From NCBI GenBank assembly GCA_965153455.1, contig OZ234494.1, forward strand, positions 9,610,001 to 9,674,000: a DNA stretch of 64,000 nt. Direction: 5' to 3'. The stretch comes from Sphagnum compactum (Eukaryota). Shown piece after piece: positions 13,462-26,199 of this stretch. A program made the translations under genes and the position numbers. Under the pieces are notes generated by a model. The model was not told the DNA's origin and ran no database searches. It was given only the letters and a program-made list of their open reading frames with translations. The stretch's first letter is position 1, and the number at the start of each line of letters is the position of its first letter.

Positions 13462-14910
13462 AGATTGCAGCTTAAGAGGATTAATCCGAACCATCTATCC
13501 GGATCACCGGTGCCACTCTGAAGATGCCATGTATCTTATGCAACGCAGTGTTCTAGCCCCCAAAAATACTGACGTTGATGAAATCAACAATGCAATTTTA
13601 GAATCGCTATCTGAAGAATCGCACACGTACCTGAGCGTAAATTCTTTGACTCCAACAAAAGAAGATGCAAGTGTTGCTGCAGGAGTTTCAATGGATTCAT
13701 TGTATCCGGTGGAATTTTTAAACACTTTGCAATTTAGCGGTATCGCAAATCATGAGCTGGAACTCAAAGTGGGTGTGCCAATCCTTTTGTTGCGTAATCT
13801 CAATCAATCAATATGATTGTGCAATGGTACGAGGTTGATTGTCAAAAGATTAGGTCAGCGTGTCATTGAAGCGGAAATCATTACAGGAAACAATGTCGAC
13901 AAACGTGTGTTCATACCTCGCATCATCATGTCCCCCTCTGGGACTGATTGGCCATTTGTTTTGCGTCGCCGTCAATTTCCAGTTCGAGTGGCGTTTGCGA
14001 TCACAATCAACAAGAGTCAAGGTTAGACATTCAACAACATTGGGGTATGTTTGCCGTCTCCGGTCTATTCCCATGGTCAGCTGTATGTTGCTATTTCACA
14101 GGTCACAAGTAGTGCAAACATCAAGATTTTCAACTGCCAGGGTCCCGATAGATACATGCGAAATGTCGTATATAAAGAGGTTTTGGAACTATAGTTTGTA
14201 GTTGTAATTTTGTAATATGTACCGTCAAATGCACACAAACCTGTGCATTAGGCATGGGGTTCAGACTAATTTATATATATATGTGTGCAAACGACCCAGC
14301 CTTGCGGTTTGATGTCTAAGAAACACATTGCACTAGAGCAGCAAAAAGGCCAGGATTGTGTTCTGCAATTGCACCATGGTTTTTGTACAATTGTTTTCTT
14401 CCCCTTACAATTTGTACACCCTATTTAGGTTTTTATCACAATTGACGATGTCTGTTGTACCAGTTGGTAAAAGCTAAAAACCTTTTTTTTTGGTCTTTTT
14501 TTTTGGGGCGAAATTTTTGTGAAAAAAAATGGCAGTGTGAATCCTACAAAGTCACCATATTTTGATGAAAAAGGAAACAAGAATTTTGGTATGTAGAAAA
14601 TAACTTCATTGCCAACCGATACCACAGAACCTAATTTTTTTCTAGTTGATCAACAATTTGTTTGTTCTGATTTATCATGTGACGAGTATCCTCATATCAC
14701 AATTTGCATGTAACGCAATCAGAATTTTAAACCTTGTTTTTCACACAATCTAACAACACTAAGGTCTCGGAAGATTATGTCATTTTCTTGACCACATTTA
14801 CATGACATAATCTTCCAATGATGAAGTGACCAAAATCTCTCTTGAACATGAATGTTTAAAAGAATTGTTGAATCTGCCACTCTAGACCTTAATGTCAGGA
14901 AATGGTCTCA

Positions 14911-14994
14911 CCCTTGCCCATATTATGTTGGGTGGGTCACCAACCCCAGCCTAATGGGCTCACCTAGTGCATCACCCAACATAATGGGCAGGGG
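14911..14994. repeat. Short GC-rich inverted repeat (possible MITE relic)
   Basis: CCCTTGCCCATATTATGTTGGGTG ... CACCCAACATAATGGGCAGGGG. Confidence 0.6.
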
Positions 14995-17900
14995 CTTGAA
15001 TAGTCCTTAGTATATGATCTAAACATTTTCCATAGTTACATAGTCTAAACATTCGAGGAAAATGTGTAGGTAAAATGGGCTTTTTGTAAGATGCATTTTC
15101 ATAAGTGTGAACTTTCCCCTTTAACATTAATAATATATTGGGCATATTTATAAAATTTCCCGGTCAATTATTAATAGTTAATCATGTAGCAAAATCATGA
15201 AGAAAGAAAATCTAACCAGGGCTTTGCTATGTTGCGCATTACCAGTCACAATGTTGTCATAATTGTAGGTAAATTTCATTTGAGATTGCTAAAAAATTTA
15301 TTTTGAAATTATGTAATATAATGATTAATTGATAGTGAATAAACTTTGATTTTAACTTATGCAAATTTTCAAAGTCCTTTTTGCTATGCCTAAACATTAA
15401 CCCTCAAACAATCGCCCATATATTCTATTAATTGCACATAAGCAAAAATTAGCACTTGTTCAACCAAGACATTAATGAATAATTTAATAAGTTAAATTAT
15501 CAATTAAAAAAATTATGACTGAAACTAAATCTGATCTAGATATTTCCATTAAAGTTCATGGCATGCATTTCAAAAGAAACTAACTCATTGTCATCAATTT
15601 CACAACATTCAAAGGAAAAAAATGAAATGAGATTTAATTTTGTTTTACTAGAATTTCATGTCATACACTTCGTATCTTGAATTTGAGATTTTTGGTAAAT
15701 ATGTTCTAGAAAATTCATTTGTATTATTTAAAAGCTTTACACAAAACAAATTTTCTTGCAAGAAAATTCAAATATTCAAAATTGTACCCTTATTTTTTTA
15801 AGACCAACAAAATAATATTTGGGCAAATGATGGAAATGAATTTGAAGGACAAAAGGAGATGACACCAGTGGAGGTAATTATGCTAGCATCTAGCAAATTT
15901 ACCACCTCAATTAAATGTAAATATCCCAATTTAAAACAAATCTTGTTTTGAATCTAGCAAAATATCATCCCCCCATCAATCACTCCCTCTATGAAATTGT
16001 AACACATCAGGGTTACCAACTAAAGCTTTTGGTCTTTTCATGCTCCCATTTTTGCCTTTTACTACCATTGTGGTTCACATTGTCCCATTACCTTCAATGG
16101 TAATCAAATTAATACCTGAATCATGGGAGACCTTTGCATCCCCCAACCTTGGACAACTAGAAATATCGAATAGTTGAGTCTAATGAACTAATTTTCATTA
16201 CTATGAAGGTAACAATATAGGGTATTCCAAGCAATATGAGAATCTTCAAATCCTTGATCGACCTTTTTGGCTTGGTGGTAGTTTGATTCAATATTTCCCA
16301 CAAGTTGTAAAATGCTAGTTTTGGCTAGGATAATCCAAGTTTGCAATGTAACTCCTCTATAATGATGTTAAAATTGTCCAGGTATTGTATGTGGTGGACA
16401 TCAATTGTGGGGACCATCGACGTTTTTTTTTTTCCCGGTTTGTGATAGGCATCTTTGATTGGTCCATGACCAAAAAACATTTATTCAAGCTTTGGATGGT
16501 CCCAAAATAGACATATTGTAATCTCCTCCTTTGGGCTGCTTATATTGATTTAAAAAATAAGCACCCCTTGGCTCAGCCTCAGATGGGCATTTACTTTCGA
16601 AACCCCCCACTCCTCCAACATTGCTTTACACTAAATATCATGGACAACCTTCAAGGTGGTAAGTTTTTGTATATTCTGCCCAAAGAGTTCACACGGGCAA
16701 GCTGTTTAATTACACATGAGGTGCCCAGAATTTTTAAATTTTTTCCAAGAACTATGGCTTTGTAAATTGGGGGGCTTCCTTGGCTTGACAACTATCACCC
16801 GCACTGGTACTTGTCACCTTCTTGAGTAAGCCCATAAGTTGCCAAATTAAACCCAAGAAATGTTACATTTGTACTCAGAAAATGGGTGGGTTGATGTAAT
16901 CAAATCATGGTAGATGTTTTAACTATGCTTGGCTATGTCATATGTTTCAAATAAAAAGGTGTTGTATATAGTGGTTAAAGATCATCTCTTTGAATGTAAA
17001 GCCTTGGGTTTAAATCATTTCCCTAATATCTGTCTTTTCTTTAGGACTAACTAGTGTGCCCTATGTCAAGAGTGAACTTGCTACCCAAACAATTTCTCCT
17101 TTCACGTTAAATTCACTAGAATTTCTTGTGACAAAAACTACTTCAAAATTCAATATCTTCCACAACTTCCGTCTAAAGATTATGAAATCACTTCGACAAA
17201 ATCTGACCAATTGAGGGCTTTTCAACAATATCAAGAATATCTTTGGAATTCCTTAATAAAAATCAGTTTTAATTTTGTTGAATTTTCATTGAAAAAATTA
17301 CTCAATATTCAATATCTCTTCCAATGTAGGTCTAAATACTACCAAACCATCTTAATGCACCCCTACTCATGAAGGGCTTTCCAATAGTACCAAGAGCATG
17401 ACACAAATGGTGGAGGGGGGTGTGTTTTGGGAGATCTCAAACGTGACAAACGAAACAAACTATCTTCTTTTTATACAGGGGTGAAAACACATTATAATAT
17501 TTAATTAAGACACTTAAGACTCGTTTGTGAAAGTTCATTTCCAATGTATTTGAAATTTTATTTAAAATATAAAAATGTAAACATTTTGAAATTAAACATT
17601 TTCTTTTTCATTTCCAATTTCAAATCATTTGAAACCAAGATGCTATAAGACATTTTTAATTTACTTATGATTTCATTTCATTTCATTAACCAAGATGCTA
17701 TAAGGCATTTAAAAATCATTTGAAATCATGATGCTATTGGAACTTGTTTTAAGGAATTCAACAAACGAATGCCATGCACAATCAAGTAGGACAAAAAATT
17801 TAGTCAATAGACACTCTATGGGTTTGAGCAAATTATCATTATAAAATTTCATGCCTCTGAAAAAACGTGGAAACACCATTTGCTTTCAATCATTGTCTTT

Positions 17901-20319
17901 TTTATAGACAATGCGTAAGTTAGAACTTATTTCAAATGAATTTTGCAAACAAGTGTGTAGATCAAGGTGGGAATCAAAATTCATACCTTGAGGCTTTCAA
18001 GATAGACAATGGATTCAACCAAATCATATTATGACCGAATTGTCAGCAAATCCCAAAAAAGTGAAGATATCTCTTGCACTAAGCATCATGTGGGGGGAGC
18101 TTTTAGTAGTTGTCTTTTCCTAGACAACATAGACAATGACTTGGAAATTTGAACTTACTTAAGAAAAAAATAGCAGATTAACATGCACATCAAGGTAGGA
18201 ATGATATGTGTATGTTGACAATATCAAAAGAGATGGTTGATTCAAACCGATTATCATGGTCATGAAGATGTTAGTGAATACTACAAGTGAAAGCATCTTT
18301 TATAACTAAGATGATGAGGTGTAAATGAGTGTTCTGTGGTTCTTTTCTAAAAAAGAGAACCTTTGGTTTCAATTTGGTTTTAAAAAAATAAATAAATTGG
18401 AGCTTCTTCAGGTGTGAGTTTGAACTTGGTTTTTCCCATTTAAAACCTTGCAGTTTTGATTTTCACACAATTTTTTCAAATTCAAGAACCTCTGGGTCTA
18501 ATTCAAAAACAAGTTTGGTTCCATATAGATGTTACACATTTCTCTATGCTAGATATTGCACAGATAGAAAAGTTTTATATCAAACAAAAATCAGGGTTTA
18601 TGTAGATATAGAGTTGAACAACAAATTGAAAATTAATATTCAATTTTAAAGTTCAGTCTACTTGTCAAATTTTCCAAAAAAAAAAAAACTTGTCTACTTA
18701 AAGAATCTGTCCCTCTTTATAAGAGCTTTTCATACTTTTGAATTTGAGTCCAGATCTAACAAAAGACTATTTTCAATGTCCAGTTCTTGTGCCGGTCCCC
18801 ACAAAATGACATGAGCTCAACTCCAGGTCACAAAAACTTGACCCTCAACCCCCCATTCTAACACTGAAATCTGAATACCATCACAACACTGGTCTGAACT
18901 TGGAGGACATATTTCCTTTTGAGGCAACGACTTCTGAAGTTGGAACTTATTTTGAAGAAATTCAAGAAACAAGCGTGCATGTCAAGGTAGAACAGGCCTA
19001 CCTTCTTTCATCCTGCCACAGTGAACCAGCACTCACCAGTGCCCCATGAAGGATGAATGGTAAAGGGATCAGGAAACAGTTTTCTGTTGGGTTCCAGTTC
19101 CCTAGCTAACCATCGTGGTTAGCTCAATTGCTTTTTTCTTTTCTACCTACCTACTAACAACCCACAAGCAGGTTGTTAGTAGGTAGGTAATAAAAAGGGC
19201 CCCTCACCTGTGTATAAACCATCTACTTACCTAGTAGTTACCTGTTTTCCTACCTATCTGCTTATATATGAGAACTATTTCCTACAGAATTGGTTACCAA
19301 GGTGAAACCAAATATTTACTCAGTTGAGGTTCATCCACAATTGATTATTAACAGGCGAGGATGCTTGCATCCTTTGTACTAAGGAAAATGGAGAATTTAT
19401 AGGACGTCAGGTTAGCTCAAACTAGATGTCATTTTCTCTCCATGTCAAAAATCGATTGTCGATAATAGGTCGGTCGTATCTTTTTATGTCAAAAATTGAT
19501 CGTTTGCAATAGGTTGATCGTGGGTGATGGGAGGTGTGTCTTAAAAGGGTGGAAGTCAGGAAATAACTAAGCTTCCAGTGATCACTTGTCTTAATATGAA
19601 AGAAGGTTGCATCCATTGCAATGTGATTGAAATTTTTTGACAATTAAAATCAGTGTTGACTCTTCCTAATGTGTCACATTGTTTTCGGGAACTCTTGTTT
19701 TGGGAGTGAGGGAGTGTAGGGTTCTTGGAAAGGTAGAACTGAGGAGTTTTAGCAATCAGAATTATCATCAGAATATTTTATCACAAAGAGGGATTCTATT
19801 CATTGGAACATGGCCCCCATGTACCTTTTGATTCCTGAGTAAAAGGACTTTCTTCTCTCTTCTCTTAGAGCTAGGCTAAAGAAGAACTCTTTTCTTTTTA
19901 GAAAACTTAAATAAGAGTTAAATTGCTCTTGCCACAATCACAAAAATATATGATTTGAAATAGGCACTATGTCCCCACAAGTCTGCCCCTGCCAATAACC
20001 TAGGCCAAAAATGATAAAAAACCACATGTCAAGACTATCGGCATAGAAATTCTTGCCACCCAATGAGGCAAGTCAGCATACAGTGTACACCCAACCAACC
20101 CTAGTTTTTCTTTCCTTTTGGGGATCGAGGGTGGGGGTGTCTTGCATTTTTTGGGGAATTTTTTTTGTTATTCCCAATGTGTTCCCCCAACGTGTGCCCA
20201 ATAGCAACTCACATTGTTGCATAAGTTCTACTCTTGTAATCAGCCCAAAGCGGGAGACTACAATACCAGGATATATCTTGCAACAGCGGCGCTTTTCTTC
20301 ATTGAACGCATCAGTCGCT

Positions 20320-23290
20320 CCTTCTACACAAGCTTGGTGGGAGAAAGAGCTTTGCACCGATGGATTTGCACACGGCCCTCGAACTCATTGGCAATATTAT
20401 TCAGGTTTTGGGTTTGCTGCTCAAACTCTACGACCAGGTCCGCCGCGAACTAGGTCATCCTCCCGCCGGCACTCAATTTCTCTACATGCACAGGAGAATT
20501 ATGTGCACTTTCTGTAGTGCAACTCAGTCTTTTCAACACATGATCCGATTGCTTATATCCTAGTTTTTCTTTCTGTCCATGTTCCTTTTTTCTTTAAAGT
20601 GTTTTTGCTCTGTCCTTTTTTTTTGTTGTTGTTTCCTTCTCTTCTTGTTCACTTTGCGTTGATAGTACGGCACAACCAAGAATTCTGAGGAGAAATCCTT
20701 CCGTCTGGTGGAGGATTACTGCAACAAGAGCGTCTATTTCGATCATAGATTCTTACTCGTTTCCATTTTTTGGTTGTTATTTGAATAGATCCGTATGGAT
20801 TCAAAATTATTTGTTCTTATTTGCAGCTGTATAAAGCGGGAGCAGAGCAATCTGCTTCTGCGACAATCAAACTGAAAAGTTGGCTTTGGGTGATCATTCC
20901 ATAGGAAATATGGAGGAGGAGGAGGGCCGGGTCACGTGAGACTGGAGGGGGCGGGAGCGGGGCACACCAAACTGACTGCGGAGCATTCTGCAGCAATTTC
21001 CATGTCCAGAAACTGACGGACAGAAGTGCTGCTTGTTTCTTTTGATCTCTGCTGTGATTGAGATTTTGCAACAGTTGATGGGACTTTCTAGAATCCGGAT
21101 GTTGCACTACCTAGTTATTTTTTTAAGAGTAAAGTTTGGTGGGTGCCCTCTCCTTTCGCCCAAAACAAAAAAAGTGTTGCACTTGCTGGCAGGGCTGGTT
21201 GTGTTCGAAATACTTCGTGTCTGAGATGTCTTGTGGCTTTCATGTTGCTCTTCGTAGGTCCCCTGATGGTCGATCACCTTTTGCTAACATGTTTCCTGCT
21301 TGCTTTGCTTGCAAGAGCTTTCCTCGCTCTTTCCTTAGAGCATGCCCACCCAAGCACTGGAAGAGCATGTTTTCGATGTAGCATACTAAACACTTGTTGG
21401 TTTGGTTCAAAAAAACGGTTTGGCTTTACGAGCATCATCAAGCCACGATAGTCAAAGATGAGGGAGTTGATTAGCATCAACATGAAAAGATCTTGAATTC
21501 CGCAGATTCTGAAGCGGAAGGGAACTAAATTTGGGAAAAGCAAACTTGATCTGTGTCCAGAAGAGTACACGTACATTGCTAAGTAATTGGAGTAATCTTC
21601 AAAGGAATTGCAGTACCCTGATCTGTTCTAAGTTCACGGCCGAACAAGAGGGTTTTTGTTTCTCTTACATTTGTTAAGTACAAAATTTCCATCCCTCTTC
21701 CATTTAGCAGAAATAGTTTGGACATTCCTTCAGGGTGCCGAGGCAACGTCATATAAGTTCTGAGTGCCTTTCTTTGTTTTCTATCAGTACGCCAGTGAAC
21801 ATGTGACCCAAAAGGAGTTCTGGACAGTTTGATTTTTGAAGAGGTGATCAGTGACGGTTTTTAAGGTTGAAGGAAGTGGACATCAACTTGTTGTGTGTTG
21901 GTTGGTAAACTTGGAAGATCCTTCTGTTGTTGTTGATTGCAAGTGAAGGAGGCTGGCATTTGGTGGCAATGGGGGATTTTTCAGCTTGTAGACAGCTTCT
22001 ATCATCTATGGTGGCGTACTGAAGTATACAGATCTGTGTTTTTGGACTGTTTTGTTGTGTGTCGTTTATACTGTCTGGTGCCGCAGATTTCAAGATCATA
22101 ATGTTTGAGCTTATCTGGTTCTGCAACTACGGGTTCTACTTTTATCTTGTTGTGTTATGTGGGGCTGGAATTGCTGGATTTTCTGGAGTCGATGGGCATG
22201 GAGTAGGGGATGCTGAAGGAGGATTTAAGCGGTGCAAGCACGTGCGGCTGCAGCATTGCAGGAGAGTTATTAGAGCTTCTGGTTCTCTCTTTCTATGTAG
22301 GTTTGATGGCTTGAGAATTGTAGGAGTGTATGGGTGTCTAGGTTGATGAGCAAGAATTAGATCATCTGCTGCGCTGTTTTCGCAAGACAACCTATGTACC
22401 TGAAGGAAAATTGAAGTATGGTGATGCTCAGGAGAGAATAAACACCTGCACGTCAGCCAGAGAAAGGACAAACTATAACCGCGAAGCTCATCAGGCACTG
22501 GTTCTTTGTTCAGGGTGTAAGCGAGCAAGCAGGGCCCCATCACAACACACAACTCACCCCCGCCCTCCGGCCCACCGCCACACACCCCCCCCCCCCCCCG
22601 CCGAAAAACAAGTAGGGTACTATGGAATGGTACGGAGCACTGTGAGAATCTCAGCACGTGCAGCTAAATCCTTGGAAGTTGGTCTACGTTTGGGAGCAGC
22701 GACGTTTTACCCACCAAATTTTGTCTTTTTTTCAGAAAATGTACTTGGAATTTGTTTGAATTTTTTTGTTTTCTAGTGTAAATTCGACTAACTTTCTTAA
22801 ATTTCTGGCCAAATTTTTGATATCACGAAAAAGAAAGTCCTACTTTTTAGTTTTTTTTCCTACAGGAAATAAATTCCATTAAAATTACACCATTGGCATG
22901 TTGAGTGGATAAACAATAACTTTGAAACCCTACAACCCTCTCATAAAGGGTGCTCTTCAAATATGTTAGGACATGATCTTCCAGTGCTTTACATGTTATT
23001 GCAGCTCTCAAAGTTATGTTCTGGACAAAAGCAATGTTGTTGGTTTCAAAATAAATGTTCAGAGTCATATTTGAAATTAATTTTGAGGGTCATAAAGCAC
23101 TCAGAGAAAAATTCCTAGGGAATTCACATGGCACCTTGTATCCATGAAAATTCAAGGTTTCATGCACTTTATTCTTTATTGAGTGGGAGGGATCTTACAG
23201 CAATTTAAGGATCTTAGGCTTACAATCTAAGAACCCCTAGCTACTCTTCCTATGCCTTGTGAAATTGCATATGCTCAGGTTCATGATAAT
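20320..23290 (+). repeat. Right arm of the inverted segmental duplication (partner about 3090-5265)
   Basis: Reverse-complement collinearity with the left arm; carries about 1.2 kb (21325-22505) that is absent from the left arm. Confidence 0.9.
20360..20939 (+). CDS. Putative small peptide gene, copy B (47 aa if spliced 20360-20468 + 20905-20939; 67 aa if unspliced to 20563)
   Basis: MDLHTALELIGNIIQVLGLLLKLYDQVRRELGHPPAG|NMEEEEGRVT*. Paralogue of copy A with the same phase-1 junction and the same 35-nt second exon. Confidence 0.5.
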
Positions 23291-24712
23291 TGTTATGGTG
23301 TGCTTTACAATGGGTAAGGACCATGTGTGGGGAAATATTCCTGAAATGTGAGGCCATACTTGGCTACTACATCATCCTTGATCCCTTATTTAGGGAATGC
23401 CCCTACCTTGGCACATTACCTTACACAAATTGTTGTGGGCACTCATCCATGGACTTAGGGCCTTCATTTTTTTTCCCCTAGGGCCTTACCCTACACACTG
23501 TTATGGGCACTATTTGATGGCCTCCCAACTTGCACACAACTTATATACATGGAAGTTGAACCATGGTGAAACAATATGGGATAAGAATGAGGTAGTGTTG
23601 GAAACACTTAGAGAACACATTGGGAACGAACATGAAACACAAAATCACCCCTTCCCAAAGAAAAAAACGAAGGCCCCCCCTCCCCCCTGCCCCTTCTAAT
23701 TGGTTCCATAGAATTTTTATATCCAAAATAGTTTGTCGCCATTTTCAACGTGGACCAATACCCCCATTGTAAGTTAGGGGCATTTATTATGTTGTGTATT
23801 TGAGAGGGTCTGAAATTTGAATAGGTACTCATGCTCGGGAAGGAGGGTATTAGTGTAGGCAAAAGTGTATAGTGTTGTGGAATGCAACCATTGTGTGTCT
23901 ACATGATGCCCATCACTGGTGAATTGTGTTTAATTTTAATACTTGGTTTAATGGTTATATGTTCAAGGTTCATGAACTTCTGTGGCATTGTTGTATATAT
24001 CATGGTAGTCGTTCTCCGTGTTGAAACAAATGAGTAACAGCCATATTTGTTTGTGTGAAAATTCACACAAATGCAGAAACAAAGGCTAATAAAACAGGAA
24101 TATTCTGTCATTTGTTTCCTTTTTTTGGGAAAAAATGTAGTCACAAAAAATAATTTAATGAATTTTTTTCACCGCAGATCTACTTGGATTTGAGGGAGGG
24201 GGTTTGTACCGTGACGTGCACGCTTGTTTCTTGAAATCCGGAGTTGGGCCCTCCTCTCATCAATATTTTATTGTGGGTTTCATCAATACCAACTAAAGTA
24301 AGTTGTCAATTGGTATTTCTATTACCTACCTACCACCAGCCCTCAAGTTGGTACCATGCTAAAAATGCTAAAACTTTTAAATTATTTGTAAGTATCACAG
24401 ATCTCTCATTCTTGAAGTAAAAATCTTACATTTTTTGAGCTTCATTCATTTGAGCATTGATAAAACCCCTCACTTTTACATCTAAAAATAAGATAATTTC
24501 AAAAACTTTAATAATTTCAGAAAATAAGTTTTCAAATAACCACGAGCTTAATTATCAAAGGAAAGCCAAGCTACTTCTCATTGCCGCAAACGGAAATCAC
24601 TCTAAACCCTAGAATGCAACTGAAACAACAGGTAAAGGTGGGCAATGGGGGAAAAGAAAAACAGAAAAAAAACGAGCACGGAAACAAAGGTAGCAAATGT
24701 AAACCACCTCGT

Positions 24713-24822
24713 TTCTAACGCTGCTCTTCCGCCAGTGCGACCATCTTCATGAACCTTCTAACGCTGTTTCTTATGCCAGTGCGAACAGCACTGGCCATCT
24801 TCATGAGCTTTTCCTTGTACAT
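24713..24822 (-). pseudogene. BTF3: Orphan first-exon fragment of BTF3 / NAC-beta, with a partial tandem duplicate
   Basis: 24822-24755 translates MYKEKLMKMASAVRTGIRNSVR(R)|GT, matching the BTF3 N-terminus MNxEKLMKMAxxVRTGGKGxVRR. A second degenerate copy lies at 24752-24713; no further exons seen. Confidence 0.7.
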
Positions 24823-26199
24823 GGTCCCACTGGGCACGCTCTGAAACTAGGCAACAAAGGCCGCCCATGCGGATGCTGCACCAACACCGACAGTGGACAC
24901 AACCCAACTTTCTATCCATCACAATCAATGTTTTTGTTGAAAAATGAGAAAACCCTTGTTCCAACACATGTTGTAAGAATCATCTTAACTTCTAAAGCGG
25001 GCTTTAACATCTTCACATAAGTTAACAGCCGGATGTTGATGCAACCCTGCCAAAATAAATTAGAGAACAAACATCCATCAGAAAGGTAAAAGGGAGATTG
25101 AAAAAGTCCCACCAACAGACAGCACCGAAAAGCGCAAATAAAAGGGCTTTGGGAGCCACACAAGAGAGCACCTGCGAGCTGTCAAAGCTGTCAAAATAAC
25201 AACACAAGACCTAATAAAACAATCATCGAAGTTCAGTTGTTTGTGCTTAGTGCAGAGTGCATATGTACTCATTAGTCGGTACAAGAGTATTGCCACAATA
25301 ATCTCATCAGCAAACGCTTTAGGCCAACGACATGTACACCTAGCAACCAATGCTGATTTCCACTTATGTCATAGTCAGTTTTTCTTTTTCATGTTCAAAG
25401 CTTAGCTGCACTTGCACCAACAACCCATGGCATGTTGCAAAACTTGCATCAAGCCATCAACTAAGCTAGCTATAGCTGGCAACATATGTTTTTTTTTTTC
25501 AGCTTTTCGACTAAGGGTGTTTAATGTTAAACTTTTAAAAGGTTACTACATGTTTTGGATTGTGAAAAAAAAATGGCCACATTATTAAAAAATTCTTCAA
25601 TAAGATCCAAAAATCCAAATGTTTTAGTGTATAAAAATGCAACAAACTACACCGTTTTTTAGTTTTTCTTGCTCCATGAACATTTGCTTTGATGATGTTT
25701 AGGCTCCATATTGAAATTAAATAGAGCTGAATTATGCAAAACCCAACAAGTTTTCAACTATAAAAAAACATTGCACAGTTGTTATTTTAGACTAAATTAT
25801 TGTCATTTATGGAAGAATTGAACCTCTTGAACTACCCATTGTAGCATAAGTGGCCTTCAAACAACAAATGCCTCTTATCAAAAGTGATAGTACAAAAAAA
25901 ATAGGTATTTTTTATATTTATAATTTAAAATTGATTATTTCAATTAAAAAAGTATATTCATTAAGAATTACACATTAAAAAATGCTAAAATTTAAAACAA
26001 GGAAATGGGTCAAGGAAGGTTCATAGCCTAAATGCAACAATTTGCATTGTGAAACCAAAAAACCAAAATCACCCATGTGTCCAAGAAATGTCACCATAGC
26101 TACTAAATCTAGGATGCCAAATCCAAGAGTTAAGATTGTAAGTTGTAACATAATCAAAAAATTGGCTTAACATCATGGAAACTAAAAGGATTTATGAAA

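Larger units (their letters stand above)
10130..14269 (+). mobile_element. 5'-truncated Helitron: Pif1-family helicase pseudogene plus 3' terminus, interrupted by a CACTA insertion
   Basis: Motifs GSGGTGK, ASSGIA, GGRTAHSRFKIP, IIWDEAPM, GGDFRQILPV, LAPKN, LKVGVPILLLRNL, CNGTRL, RRQFP and AFAITINKSQG. Premature stops at 10655, 13814 and 14024. Degenerate hairpin CCTGTGCATTAGGCATGGG (14240-14258), then CTAA|T (CTRR end) at 14266-14270. Confidence 0.93.

Noticed and set aside
21850-22780. Overlapping ORFs of 92-171 aa in the right-arm-specific segment
   Set aside because: No domain similarity recognised; ORF length is partly explained by C/G homopolymer runs.
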